A DNA stretch of 64,000 bases, taken from a virus. Below are positions 1 through 10,468 of the stretch, in pieces; position 1 is the stretch's first letter; the number at the start of each line of letters is the position of its first letter. Position numbers and translations under genes: made by a program. The stretch lies in the IMG/VR virus record IMGVR_UViG_3300032293_001310, positions 1 to 64,000 of that record; one strand, given 5' to 3'. The notes under the pieces were generated by a model. It made no database searches, had not been told where the DNA came from, and worked only from the letters and a program-made list of their open reading frames with translations.

Positions 1-240
1 GCGGGTCTAGTGGAACTACAGGGTCTAGCGGAACTACCGGAACTAGCGGCTCTAGTGGAACTAGTGGTACTAGCGGCTCCAGTGGAACTACAGGAAGTAG
101 TGGAACTACAGGAACTAGCGGGTCTAGTGGAACTACAGGGTCTAGCGGAACTACCGGAACTAGCGGCTCTAGTGGAACTAGTGGTACTAGCGGCTCCAGT
201 GGAACTACAGGAAGTAGTGGTACAAGCGGTACAAGCGGAG
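1..240 (+). repeat. Coding tandem repeat: 9-nt Gly-(S/T)-(S/T) units nested in a 117-nt direct repeat
   Basis: gcgggtctagtggaactacagggtctagcgg... starts at 1 and again at 118, identical for about 100 nt. Confidence 0.9.
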
Positions 241-3089
241 CATCTGTGGCAGGAGCCTCACCACACTATATACCAAAAGTAAATGGCGCAGGTACTGGAC
301 TAGAAAACAGTGTGATGTATCAATCCGGTACCAACATCGGAGTAAATAAAACTGCGGCAAATTCTTCGTTTGATATACTTGGAAATCTGATCGTTACAGG
401 ATCTGCATTTATAACAAGTTCATTATTTACTAATAATTTGTATCTTCGTCCGTTAGGAACAACTACAGAAAATCCAAAGATATATTTTTCGGGGAGTACA
501 TCATCATCGATAAAACTTGAAGTATTACCTGATGGCGCAATATCATTCATGGGATCCAGTGGGTCATTGTTTGATATAACAGATAGTCTTGTTGGCAGTT
601 TAATGAGCGTCAACGATGCTTCTGGATTGCCTATTCTAGAAGTATTCAGCGATGATCGTGTGATTGCAGGAACATATAATAGAAATACTTTATATGTTAC
701 AGGAAGCAGTGTCGGTATTAGAAAAGTACCAAATTCAACAGCATCTTTGGATGTAAGCGGTAGTGTATTTATTACTGGATCTGTAAACATCACCGGAAGT
801 ACGACTTTCCGTGGAATTGTAAGTTTTGTAAATAATGCATGGAATTTATCAAATGATAATTTTAGCAGATTCTATTTTGCCACAAATGGTAGAACTTATT
901 TTGGTGCGGGGGCTGGATATGAATGGAGAAGTGCGGCAGATAGTACTTTGGCGGTTTTATCAAATACAGGAGAGTTGTCTATTGGTAAAACTACAGCAAA
1001 TGCAAAATTGGACGTTGTTGGTAATGGTATAATAACCGGATCTTTCTTTGTTAGTGGTAGTACCGGAATGGGTGCGACTTCTGTTGTGCGGGGCGTTTTG
1101 CATGTAAACGGAAGTAATTACGGAGAATCGCCAACAATAAATAAATTAATTGTTGTTTCTGACTCGGCGGATGCAGATAAATACATGATATTGGGGTATC
1201 ATTCTTCTCCAGACTGCGGAGTAATTCAAGGATTGCATACAGGAACTGCGTGGAAAAATATATCCTTAAATCCAAACGGAGGATTTGTTGGAATAAGAAA
1301 AACGTCTCCAAATGCCGAGTTTGATGTTAATGGTAATGCAATAATCACTGGATCACTGACGGTTGGGTCTGATAAATCTATAACAACGTTGTATATGGAT
1401 GGTTTATCCGGTTATGGTAGCCGTACTGCAAAAGAATGGGTTACATATACGGACACGAGCACAACCGGAACATGGACCGGAGGCGTTGCTACTACATTCC
1501 ATAATAACGACACAACAAATGGAAATTGGTCTAGAATTGGATTCTCAACATATGAAGGAGCGGGCGGAAATAATGTTGTGTGTGGTGCTATAGGAACGAC
1601 ATTTACAAATCGAACCATTGGTGCGTGGTGTCGTGGAGATCTTGCATTCTTTACCGCACCTGGAAGCGGAGTTGGCGGCATTATTGAAAGAATGCGCATA
1701 ACATATGATGGAAATGTTGGTATTAACAAAACTACACCAAATGCAAGATTAGATGTCAGCGGAAGTGCAATTATTACCGGATCTTTAACTGTACTCAGTG
1801 GTTCTTTAACTGTAATTGATAATACTGGATTCAGAGTTGTTAGATTATCTAATACGGACCAAGCATTGACAATAACCGGCGGAGATGGAAGTGGAATTGC
1901 ATCAATACGTGCAGCATATCAATTAAATCTGGATTCTAGCAATGCAACATATCCAATGACGTTCCAGATTGGTGGATCGGAAAAAGTTAGAATCACTTCG
2001 GGTGGAGATTTTGCTATCAATAAAACGACAGCAAATGCAAAATTGGATGTTAATGGAAATGTGATTGTTACTGGAAGTATAAATGCAACAAGTACGATAT
2101 TGTCCGGTACTTCAGGAAACACTCGCGTAGAAATGGGTCAAAGCGTGGCTCTCCAAGAATTCTATTTAACAGAAGCAAACCCCAGATGGAAGATAAGTAG
2201 AGACATAATTACGGGGGGAGTTGCTGGTATTGCTTTGGGAGACGCCACAAATACTTTGGCGGCAGGGGGTTCTGCGGTTGCTATTCCAGCAACAAGAACT
2301 TTGGCGTTTTATACCAGCAATGCGACAGCATTAACAGAAAGAGTCAGAATAGACAGCAATGGGAATTTTGGTATAGGAACAACGACACCATTATATAAAT
2401 TACAAGTAAACGGAACTATATTCGCGTCTGGTAGTGGATTCTCCAACCCAGCGTCCGAAACTGGATATAGAATAAAATTCTACGATAATGGTGGAATAAA
2501 CAATGACACTGGTATTGGTTTGGACGGCAGTGCAGGTGCCGAAGTAATGTGGTTTAACGCCTTGTCTGGATTTTATTTCAACGTTGGAACAGGTGGAGAA
2601 AAGGTAAGAATTGATAGCAATGGAAATGTCGCTATTAACAAAACGACAGCAAATGCAAAATTGGATGTTAGTGGAAGTGCAGCAATAACTGGATCATTGA
2701 TTGTTACGGGCTCTGCGGTTATTACAGGGTCTGTTTCTGTAAACGGATTATTTACTGCAACTGCCAAGTCCTTCCTGATTGATCACCCGACACTACCAAA
2801 TAAAAAATTACAATACGGTGTTGCCGAAGGTCCAGAACATAGCGTATTTGTTCGTGGTATATCAACCAGTCCTATAATAACATTGCCAGATTATTGGAAA
2901 AATCTTGTAGATGAAAATACTATTACAGTTCAATTGACACCAATCGGAACTTATCAAACCTTGTTCGTAACATATACAAACTCAGAATATGTGCATATAA
3001 GCAATAATAACGGTGGTAGTAATATATATTGTTATTATCTTGTACAAGCAGAACGTAAAGATATACCAAAACTAATAGTGGAGATATAA
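1..3089 (+). CDS. Long tail fibre/spike-like protein, 5'-truncated (Gly-X-Y Ser/Thr tract, repeated 'GINKTTANAKLDVxG' units, C-terminal 'KSFLIDHP' module)
   Basis: The frame of ORF 246..3089 is open back to position 3 (GSSGTTGSSGTTGTSG...), so the true start lies upstream of the window. It contains repeated 'VGI.KT.PNA.LDV.G..IITGS' fibre repeats and a C-terminal K.F.IDHP...EGPE motif typical of phage fibre ends. Confidence 0.75.
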   Translation, partial: GSSGTTGSSGTTGTSGSSGTSGTSGSSGTTGSSGTTGTSGSSGTTGSSGTTGTSGSSGTSGTSGSSGTTGSSGTSGTSGASVAGASPHYIPKVNGAGTGLENSVMYQSGTNIGVNKTAANSSFDILGNLIVTGSAFITSSLFTNNLYLRPLGTTTENPKIYFSGSTSSSIKLEVLPDGAISFMGSSGSLFDITDSLVGSLMSVNDASGLPILEVFSDDRVIAGTYNRNTLYVTGSSVGIRKVPNSTASLDVSGSVFITGSVNITGSTTFRGIVSFVNNAWNLSNDNFSRFYFATNGRTYFGAGAGYEWRSAADSTLAVLSNTGELSIGKTTANAKLDVVGNGIITGSFFVSGSTGMGATSVVRGVLHVNGSNYGESPTINKLIVVSDSADADKYMILGYHSSPDCGVIQGLHTGTAWKNISLNPNGGFVGIRKTSPNAEFDVNGNAIITGSLTVGSDKSITTLYMDGLSGYGSRTAKEWVTYTDTSTTGTWTGGVATTFHNNDTTNGNWSRIGFSTYEGAGGNNVVCGAIGTTFTNRTIGAWCRGDLAFFTAPGSGVGGIIERMRITYDGNVGINKTTPNARLDVSGSAIITGSLTVLSGSLTVIDNTGFRVVRLSNTDQALTITGGDGSGIASIRAAYQLNLDSSNATYPMTFQIGGSEKVRITSGGDFAINKTTANAKLDVNGNVIVTGSINATSTILSGTSGNTRVEMGQSVALQEFYLTEANPRWKISRDIITGGVAGIALGDATNTLAAGGSAVAIPATRTLAFYTSNATALTERVRIDSNGNFGIGTTTPLYKLQVNGTIFASGSGFSNPASETGYRIKFYDNGGINNDTGIGLDGSAGAEVMWFNALSGFYFNVGTGGEKVRIDSNGNVAINKTTANAKLDVSGSAAITGSLIVTGSAVITGSVSVNGLFTATAKSFLIDHPTLPNKKLQYGVAEGPEHSVFVRGISTSPIITLPDYWKNLVDENTITVQLTPIGTYQTLFVTYTNSEYVHISNNNGGSNIYCYYLVQAERKDIPKLIVEI

Positions 3090-3095
3090 AATGTT

Positions 3096-3815
3096 ATGGC
3101 ACTTCGCTATTCACCTAGAATTGTTACTGACGGATTAGTGATGTATATTGATGCGGTTGGTACAAAATCATATCCCGGCAGCGGGACTACGATGAATGAT
3201 TTAAGTGGAAATGGAAATAGCGCAACGTTGACACTTGGTCCAGTTTGGACAGGAACAAACGGAGGGTGTATATCATTTGATAATTCCGATGACTATATAC
3301 AAATAAATAATTTAAATTTAGAAACGTTGGGGGCTACAAGAAATTTTACTATAATGTTTGGTGCAAAGAAAACTGCATACGGAGTTGGAGGAAATAATAC
3401 CGGAGATTCGCGTTTACTGGCTGCATCTGAAAATGGATTTAATCAGGGATGGAGAATCTTCGAAAATAGTACAGGAACTCCCGGCAATGCATTTACTGGT
3501 CCACAAAGTTATACTTTCGGGTCTCCGTCAATAAGTACATCACTGACAGTAGTAGATTCTGCTTCTAATCGGTTTGCTATTTGTGCGTTTTCTCAAAACG
3601 GTACAGCAGCATACGGTTTTTTGAACGGATCATCAAACACCGCGACGTTTGGTACATATGCGGCAGGCACAAACTCGTCCAAAATAGGTCAAGTGGGAAA
3701 TGGAGTTGGTGCATTTGGAGGACTTTTGTCATTTATGCAAATATATAATAGGGCATTATCAACAAAAGAAATACTTCAAAATTACAATGTACTTAAAGGA
3801 AGGTTTGGTTTATGA
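3096..3815 (+). CDS. LamG/concanavalin A-like lectin-domain protein (array member 1)
   Basis: N-term PRIVTDGLVMYIDA..KSYPGSG..DLSGNG; C-term IYNRALS..EILQNY..KGRFGL. Confidence 0.8.
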   Translation: MALRYSPRIVTDGLVMYIDAVGTKSYPGSGTTMNDLSGNGNSATLTLGPVWTGTNGGCISFDNSDDYIQINNLNLETLGATRNFTIMFGAKKTAYGVGGNNTGDSRLLAASENGFNQGWRIFENSTGTPGNAFTGPQSYTFGSPSISTSLTVVDSASNRFAICAFSQNGTAAYGFLNGSSNTATFGTYAAGTNSSKIGQVGNGVGAFGGLLSFMQIYNRALSTKEILQNYNVLKGRFGL

Positions 3816-4534
3816 GTTATAGTGCAGGACCAAGAGCAACTTATAACGGACTAATATGTTCGCTGGATATCCGTAATACAAAAAGTTTTGTTAATGGAAG
3901 CAGCGTGGCGATTGATTTGTCTGGAAATAATAATAACGGAACAACGTACAACGGTCCAATTTTTTTAGAAAATAGTGGTAGTTTACTGTTTGATGGAACA
4001 AACGAATATATTGGAATAACATCTCCCAATGATAAATTTTCGTGGACACCGTCTTCCGGTTCTACGTTGAATTTTATGAGTACAGAAATATGGATAAAAA
4101 CCTTAGATTCTACCGGTAGAATTTTTTCTAAACCTTGGAATGGCAGTGGAGAATATAATTATTGGGTAGATGGTAGTGGATGGAGTGCAACGGTAAGTAG
4201 TTCTGGATATACTTTACCCTGTAGCACATTCGCAACAGGAAAATGGGAGCATTTTATTTATACACTAAGCCCTATTTCGTTGACTGTGTATAAAAACGGG
4301 AAACTGGATGCCGGTCCAACGTCTCACGGAATTACTGGCAACACTCCTGCATATGGAAACAACGGAAATGATTTGGCTGTAATGACTTTATATCCGTATG
4401 GCGCGGGTTCTTGGAATTATCCAACCCATGCTATTAATGGAGAATTGGGGATGTTTAGAGTATATAACCGAGTATTAACTGCCAGCGAAATACTAAAAAA
4501 TTATAGCATAACAAAAGGAAGGTTTGGGTATTGA
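3812..4534 (+). CDS. LamG-like protein (member 2)
   Basis: Same conserved termini; ATGA overlap with member 1. Confidence 0.8.
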   Translation: MSYSAGPRATYNGLICSLDIRNTKSFVNGSSVAIDLSGNNNNGTTYNGPIFLENSGSLLFDGTNEYIGITSPNDKFSWTPSSGSTLNFMSTEIWIKTLDSTGRIFSKPWNGSGEYNYWVDGSGWSATVSSSGYTLPCSTFATGKWEHFIYTLSPISLTVYKNGKLDAGPTSHGITGNTPAYGNNGNDLAVMTLYPYGAGSWNYPTHAINGELGMFRVYNRVLTASEILKNYSITKGRFGY

Positions 4535-4535
4535 T

Positions 4536-5768
4536 ATGAGTATCGCGACACCAGGTAGAGGCATAGATTCGGGGTCCGTATTCTTATTTGATACGTACAA
4601 CAATAAAAGTTATAGAGGAGAGCCAACAACAAACCTAGTTCAACAAATTTCTAATTATACGGGTACAAATTACGCCTCCAGCACAGAATGGTCATCCGAT
4701 CCAACAAGATTTTCAAAAACATATAACTCTACAATCGATACTCCGATAGGTACTGGTGCTACTTTGTGCACAGAAAGTGGGACTGCTGGGTTTCATCATT
4801 TAAGTACATTGGGAGGTAGCGGAGAAAATGCGTCACATTCCATATCTTGTTACGTGTGTCCGTTGAGTAGTATTACAAATTTTACTATTGGAATGTTAAA
4901 TGACACTTCAAATCAAGTAACATTTAATTTAAATACCAGAGAAATTACATACGGTGGAGGTATTTCAAATAGAAATGCTTTTTGCAATGAAGTGCCGGGA
5001 TATACAGGATGGTTACGAGTTGGAGCAAATATTGAAGGTCGTTTTGGTGGCTGGGTGGGATGTGTAGGATTATCTACAGGCACTTCATACACTCCATCTA
5101 CACCATATAAATCATTTTATATAACCGGACTACAATACGAATATAAAGATCATTGTACGCCATATGTATTTGGTAGTAGATCAAATACGCAAGGATTGAT
5201 TGATCTGGAATCAAACAAATATTCAATTGACTTAACAAACGCCACTTTCAATAAAAACGCAGAAATAATATTCAACAATAGCAGTTATTACACGGTTTCC
5301 GAGATCGGTGCTCTGACTCGATTTAGTGTAGAAACGTGGTTTAGACCAGCAAATCAACCATCAAATTATGGCGCAATAGTTTCGTCAGTATATCCAGGCA
5401 CCAATTCTTCTGTAAATTTTAAAATCGGCTTCAACGCAAGCAGCGAAATAAATGGGGGTACATATAATGCTACGGATGGTTGGAAAACAACACCATCTAC
5501 TCCTACAACATTACTTGCTTGGCATCATTTCGTTTTTACATATGACGGTGCAAATTTGACATTATATAAAAATGGAGCATCCGTTGGATCGACTGCATAT
5601 ACAGGCACTCCTCAGTCTGGTGGAGATGGTATAAGAATAGGTAGACGATGGGATACTACAGATTATGTATCTGGTAGTATAGATTATGTAAGAATATATA
5701 ATCGCGCATTATCTGGTACAGAAGTGTTAAAGTCGTTTAATCGAGTCAAATCCAGATATGGATTATAG
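4536..5768 (+). CDS. LamG-like protein with a large internal extra domain (member 3)
   Basis: ATG at 4536 (MSIATPG). About 190 aa are inserted after 'KSYRGEPTTNL'; C-terminal LamG WHHFVFTYDG...YNRALS...KSRYGL. Confidence 0.75.
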   Translation: MSIATPGRGIDSGSVFLFDTYNNKSYRGEPTTNLVQQISNYTGTNYASSTEWSSDPTRFSKTYNSTIDTPIGTGATLCTESGTAGFHHLSTLGGSGENASHSISCYVCPLSSITNFTIGMLNDTSNQVTFNLNTREITYGGGISNRNAFCNEVPGYTGWLRVGANIEGRFGGWVGCVGLSTGTSYTPSTPYKSFYITGLQYEYKDHCTPYVFGSRSNTQGLIDLESNKYSIDLTNATFNKNAEIIFNNSSYYTVSEIGALTRFSVETWFRPANQPSNYGAIVSSVYPGTNSSVNFKIGFNASSEINGGTYNATDGWKTTPSTPTTLLAWHHFVFTYDGANLTLYKNGASVGSTAYTGTPQSGGDGIRIGRRWDTTDYVSGSIDYVRIYNRALSGTEVLKSFNRVKSRYGL

Positions 5769-5800
5769 TTATATGTATATAATTAGATTATAATAACTCT

Positions 5801-6598
5801 ATGTCAACGCGATTTGGTCCATTACCAGCATCCGCAAGAAAAGACGGCAGTTCCGCAGCAAATGCCGCTCTTAGTGCACAATCAATACAATATTTTTATC
5901 CAGGTTCGACTGATGGAGTTTATTGGATAAATTTACCTACCGTTGGTCCTACACAAACATATTGTATAATGACAAGTTCGTTTGATGGCGGGGGATGGAT
6001 GCTTGCACTAAAAGCAAATACAGGATCTGTACAGTTCGGTTATACTTCAAGTTATTGGACAGCGTCGAATAATCTTAATACTTCTTCGTTAAACAGGAAT
6101 CCAGGAAATGCCAAATTTGATTGTATGAATTATTTCGGGGCAAAAGATATGATGGCAATTTGGCCAGATATTACAACTGGAACCGGTGGTAGTATACCCG
6201 GTAGAGGCGTATGGACGTGGCTACAAAATGGCTTTTATGGTGGAGCAGAGATTACGCCAACTACTTTTTTCAATACCGTAGATAGATATTTTATAAGAGA
6301 CGCAAAATTATTTTCTGGGTGGGCGAGTGGTATATTTTCCAGCCAAACAGATGTTAGGTTTTATGGATTTAATTATAGAAATAATCCAGGTACGGCACGA
6401 ACTAGGTGGGGATTTGGGTGGAATGAAAATGGAGGAGGACTATATCCCAATGGAAACATGGATAGCGATGATGTTAGTGGCGGAATAGGTATGATGCCGG
6501 GAACGTGGCAAGGTTATTCTGCTGGTGATAGAATTAGTTGTTGTCAGGATTCTACAGGAATAAACAGAGCAGCAAGAGTGGAGATATACATAAGATGA
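5801..6598 (+). CDS. Fibrinogen C-terminal/intelectin-like domain protein
   Basis: DGVYWI...TQTYCIM...DGGGWML matches the fibrinogen-related domain start motif. Confidence 0.7.
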   Translation: MSTRFGPLPASARKDGSSAANAALSAQSIQYFYPGSTDGVYWINLPTVGPTQTYCIMTSSFDGGGWMLALKANTGSVQFGYTSSYWTASNNLNTSSLNRNPGNAKFDCMNYFGAKDMMAIWPDITTGTGGSIPGRGVWTWLQNGFYGGAEITPTTFFNTVDRYFIRDAKLFSGWASGIFSSQTDVRFYGFNYRNNPGTARTRWGFGWNENGGGLYPNGNMDSDDVSGGIGMMPGTWQGYSAGDRISCCQDSTGINRAARVEIYIR

Positions 6599-6870
6599 TA
6601 TACGATGAGCCAAAATATTTACATTTTGCTAGAAAACTAACCAATTCTAGTTATTCCGAAGTTGCGTCCTTTGCGTCAATTGTTTCAGACAACATTGGAT
6701 TATTATACAATGGAACGCTTACTATGGAACAATTTGATGATGGTATATTTATTGATGTACCGACTGGATTAAGTGAAGAAGAAACTTTAGAGAGAAACAG
6801 TATCAACTATATAAAGCAATGTGTTATATGGGGATTAGCAGCACCGGAGACAAGTTCATATGAGTTATAA
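6595..6870 (+). CDS. Hypothetical protein
   Basis: ATG at 6595 overlaps the upstream TGA (ATGA); 91 aa, acidic. Confidence 0.6.
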   Translation: MIYDEPKYLHFARKLTNSSYSEVASFASIVSDNIGLLYNGTLTMEQFDDGIFIDVPTGLSEEETLERNSINYIKQCVIWGLAAPETSSYEL

Positions 6871-7558
6871 TTCAGGAGGCAGAATAGTTTCAGATGGCTT
6901 GGTAATGTACCTTGATGCGGCTAACAGAAAAAGTTTTGTTAGTGGAAGCAGTACTTGGTTTGATTTAAGTAGAAATAACAATTCTGGGTCTCTTAATAAC
7001 ACACCAACCTTTAGTACCGATGCAAAGGGGTCTATTCTATTTGATGGTACCAATGAATCTGTTTCCAGAGCATCGGTAAATGTTTCTTATTTGACAGTAG
7101 ATGTGTGGGCAAAATGGACTCAATTTTTTTCCGATCCAAACGGTCACGCTTTAATTTCTAATTCAGACAGTGATAGTGGCGATCCAATAAATGGTTACTT
7201 GTTGTATCAAGCAACTGGTGCTCCGTACAATAGAGTCCAAGCATTTGTTTATGGAAGTTCATTGACTGTGCTAACTTCTGTTAGTACATTGAGTACTGGT
7301 GTCTGGTATAATATAACTTTCACATATGACGGAAGTGCAACAAGATTATATTTAAATGGAAGGCTAGATACAGGATCTAATGTCGCTGTTGGAACAATTG
7401 CTGCATCTTCTGCAAATTTTCTTATCGGATCTACATATACTGCTGGTAATTCTGCATTTTCTGGCAATGTTTCTAATATAAAATTATACAATCGGGCATT
7501 ATCCGCAACGGAAATACTGAACAACTATAACGTAACAAAGAAAAGGTTTGGATTATGA
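6860..7558 (+). CDS. LamG-like protein (member 4)
   Basis: IVSDGLVMYLDAANRKS...WYNITFTYDG...YNRALS...KKRFGL. Confidence 0.8.
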   Translation: MSYNSGGRIVSDGLVMYLDAANRKSFVSGSSTWFDLSRNNNSGSLNNTPTFSTDAKGSILFDGTNESVSRASVNVSYLTVDVWAKWTQFFSDPNGHALISNSDSDSGDPINGYLLYQATGAPYNRVQAFVYGSSLTVLTSVSTLSTGVWYNITFTYDGSATRLYLNGRLDTGSNVAVGTIAASSANFLIGSTYTAGNSAFSGNVSNIKLYNRALSATEILNNYNVTKKRFGL

Positions 7559-8334
7559 GTGCATATGGAGTAGCAGCAGGTCTTGGTAGAATATCACAAA
7601 GTGGATTACAACTGTATTTGGACTCAAAAAATACTAAGAGTTATCCAGGCAGCGGCGCTACGTGGGTTGATCTAAGTGGAAACGCGAGAAATTTTACATT
7701 ATCTAATCCATCGTATTATTCATTTGAAACTTCCAGTAAGTCTATAAAATTTTCAAGAACAATGCCACCAACCGCAGAAAATGGTGGATATGCGGATGTT
7801 ACTGTGGCGGGCAGTTTGGCTTCTGGTACTTATTTATATGGAAATCATACAACAGAAATTTGGGCAAAAATAAATAATTCAAGTCCGACAAATCACGATG
7901 CCACGGAAACTTTCAGCGCACTATTAGTTTATCGCGGATATCATTCAATGTTTTTGTATAATACTTCAAGTTTAACTTATACAATATGGAATTCAACATC
8001 CAACGAAGTATTATCTCCAAGCGCATCAATTGGACTGTCAAATACAAATATTATCATCGGTTCTTGGTTTTACGCATCTGTTGTAAGAAGTGGAAATACT
8101 TTAACTACATATATAAATGGAATACCATTAGGGTCTAGTTCATTCACAGCCCCCATCGTCAATACACAAGTAACCAGCAATGTGCGAATAGCAATAGCAA
8201 GCAATATAGGAAATCAATATACAGGAAATGCAGATTGTAATGTTTCTGTTGTGCGAATGTATAATAGAGCACTATCCGCTACAGAAATTTTTCAAAGTTA
8301 TAACGTAGAAAAGAAGCGGTTTGGGCTATCATAA
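7555..8334 (+). CDS. LamG-like protein (member 5)
   Basis: GLQLYLDS.N.KSYPGSG.TW.DLSG...YNRALS...KKRFGLS; ATGA overlap. Confidence 0.8.
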   Translation: MSAYGVAAGLGRISQSGLQLYLDSKNTKSYPGSGATWVDLSGNARNFTLSNPSYYSFETSSKSIKFSRTMPPTAENGGYADVTVAGSLASGTYLYGNHTTEIWAKINNSSPTNHDATETFSALLVYRGYHSMFLYNTSSLTYTIWNSTSNEVLSPSASIGLSNTNIIIGSWFYASVVRSGNTLTTYINGIPLGSSSFTAPIVNTQVTSNVRIAIASNIGNQYTGNADCNVSVVRMYNRALSATEIFQSYNVEKKRFGLS

Positions 8335-8362
8335 AAAGTGTATATATACAATAGTTATATAT

Positions 8363-9757
8363 ATGGCAACATTATATGGTCCAAAAGTAAATACCGATAG
8401 TTTGATATTGAATTTTGATCCAGGTGGTCCAAAGTCATATATCACCGGAAGTACTACTGTGTTTAGTCCGATTAGTCCTTTTAATTATAGCGGCTCTTTA
8501 GTAAATGGCGTAGGCTATTCAACATCCAGTAAAGGATATTTTATATTTGACGCAATAGATGATTATATATCCGCCACAACATATACCAACCCATCATCTA
8601 GCATATCATCAAAAACAATAAACGTATGGTTTAGACAAGGTGAAAGAAATACAGCATCGGATCAAAATGCTGGATTATTTTCTATAATGAGCGCATCTGC
8701 CGATCCTCAATTTAGTATAAGAACAAACACAACTTCGTCTACAGTGTCCGGTTCTATGACTGCATTGCCACTTATATATCTTGATACATTTACAAACGGA
8801 CCATCTACGCAATATACAATTTCTTCATCGTTCTTTTATGATAAATGGTATATGGTTACTGGCGTTGAAGATGTGGTGAATAATAGATTGTCATTATATC
8901 TCGATGGTCAATTAGTAAGAACAGGTTCAAGGTCTGGCAGTGCATATCAATATAACGCAGATAGAATACAAATTGGCGCAGAAAAGTTAAGTTCAAACAG
9001 ATATTTTAAAGGAGATATAGGAATATCTAGTTTATACAACACCGCGCTTACTGCCGGTCAGATACAAAACATATATAACTTTGGAAAAGATAGATATTTG
9101 AGCGAACCAAGTGTGTATGCGGATGCGTGGCTTACATTTGAAATACCAGACAACGTAGTAAATACAACAATTTTGGATGCCACAGATAATACCACCGGTT
9201 CTAACTGGACTCTTTCTGGTGCATTTCCGTACATATTTAGCGGATCCAATTTTGCTCAAAACAGAATAAATAAAGTAAACAATAGAACTGTTCGTGGTAG
9301 TAGAAGTATTACATTAAATCCCACTTATGGTGGCGGCATAAATACGTATTTTCAATATAATTTTCCGGCATCAAGTAGAGTATCAATTAGTATGTATACA
9401 AGATTTGCTTCTACTGGCGGTTTTAATTTTGTATACTATGGAGATTTTGGTAGCGATGGAATCTTTATGACTAGACCAGGAAACAACGAACAATATTTGA
9501 TGGGCATACAAGCACTACCAAACACATATTACAGATTAGATATATTGTTTGTTGGTGGTGTAGGATATTATAGAGAACTATATAATGCTACAGGAAGTTT
9601 TGTTGGAAGTTCTTTTGCTGCTACTGCAACTACAACTATATCATATTTTAGAGCGGGGTGGTCAAATCCAAGAAATAATTATGGTCCTTCCGGTAGTTAT
9701 AATTTTGATAATGTAGTAATTGATTGGACTACTGCAAGATTTCCTTCTTTGGCATAA
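8363..9757 (+). CDS. LamG-like protein with C-terminal extension (member 6)
   Basis: ATG at 8363 (MATLYGPKV). The LamG domain ends at YNTALTAGQIQNIY and is followed by about 200 aa of beta-rich sequence. Confidence 0.75.
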   Translation: MATLYGPKVNTDSLILNFDPGGPKSYITGSTTVFSPISPFNYSGSLVNGVGYSTSSKGYFIFDAIDDYISATTYTNPSSSISSKTINVWFRQGERNTASDQNAGLFSIMSASADPQFSIRTNTTSSTVSGSMTALPLIYLDTFTNGPSTQYTISSSFFYDKWYMVTGVEDVVNNRLSLYLDGQLVRTGSRSGSAYQYNADRIQIGAEKLSSNRYFKGDIGISSLYNTALTAGQIQNIYNFGKDRYLSEPSVYADAWLTFEIPDNVVNTTILDATDNTTGSNWTLSGAFPYIFSGSNFAQNRINKVNNRTVRGSRSITLNPTYGGGINTYFQYNFPASSRVSISMYTRFASTGGFNFVYYGDFGSDGIFMTRPGNNEQYLMGIQALPNTYYRLDILFVGGVGYYRELYNATGSFVGSSFAATATTTISYFRAGWSNPRNNYGPSGSYNFDNVVIDWTTARFPSLA

Positions 9758-9770
9758 TATATAATAATGT

Positions 9771-10466
9771 ATGAGCTATAACAACGGCCCAAGAATAGTA
9801 ACAGATGGATTAGTACTGCATCTTGATGCTGGTAATAGCAGGAGTTATCCTGGTACAGGTACAGTGTGGACCGATTTAACAAAACGAGGAAACAACGGAG
9901 ACATTAAATCTGGCGTATCTTTTGTAACAGGCTCTTTAAATTTTACATTAAATTCTTCAAATGAGCTTGTGGATATTGCTCATAGTGCTGACTTGAACTA
10001 TTCATATTTAAATTGGGCATATTCGCTTTGGATGAAGATAAATTTTGATGATAATGGTACTTGGACGCAGTTATTCATGAAAGGAAATGATGGAGGAAAT
10101 AGAAGACCAGGTATTTGGTTTTATTCTGGGCAGACTAGTAGATTTCATTGTACTTGGAGTGGTCCTGGAAATACTCAACAATCTATGGATACAAGCGACC
10201 CGATAACAACACCGATAGGAGAATGGGCAAATTGGGTATTTCAATCAAGAAATGGTACGATGATGGTATACAAAAATACTGTACGTGATAGTGTTACATT
10301 GGCCTTAGCCGACAGAACGGTCAACAGCGAACCATTACACATCGGAGGATATAACTATAGAAGTCCGGGAATAGATTTAGCATCTTTTATGGTATACAAC
10401 AAATCTTTGTCTGACGAAGAAATCCGCCAAAACTATCACGCAACAAAAGGAAGGTTTGGGTTATAA
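9771..10466 (+). CDS. LamG-like protein (member 7)
   Basis: GPRIVTDGLVLHLDAGN...YNKSLSDEEIRQNYHATKGRFGL. Confidence 0.8.
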   Translation: MSYNNGPRIVTDGLVLHLDAGNSRSYPGTGTVWTDLTKRGNNGDIKSGVSFVTGSLNFTLNSSNELVDIAHSADLNYSYLNWAYSLWMKINFDDNGTWTQLFMKGNDGGNRRPGIWFYSGQTSRFHCTWSGPGNTQQSMDTSDPITTPIGEWANWVFQSRNGTMMVYKNTVRDSVTLALADRTVNSEPLHIGGYNYRSPGIDLASFMVYNKSLSDEEIRQNYHATKGRFGL

Positions 10467-10468
10467 TC

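Noticed and set aside
1-240. CRISPR array
   Set aside because: The repeats are contiguous coding triplet repeats with no unique spacers.
10-282. 90-aa ORF MELQGLAELPEL...
   Set aside because: It is an off-frame shadow of the Gly-Ser/Thr repeat; the real frame is continuous with the fibre gene.
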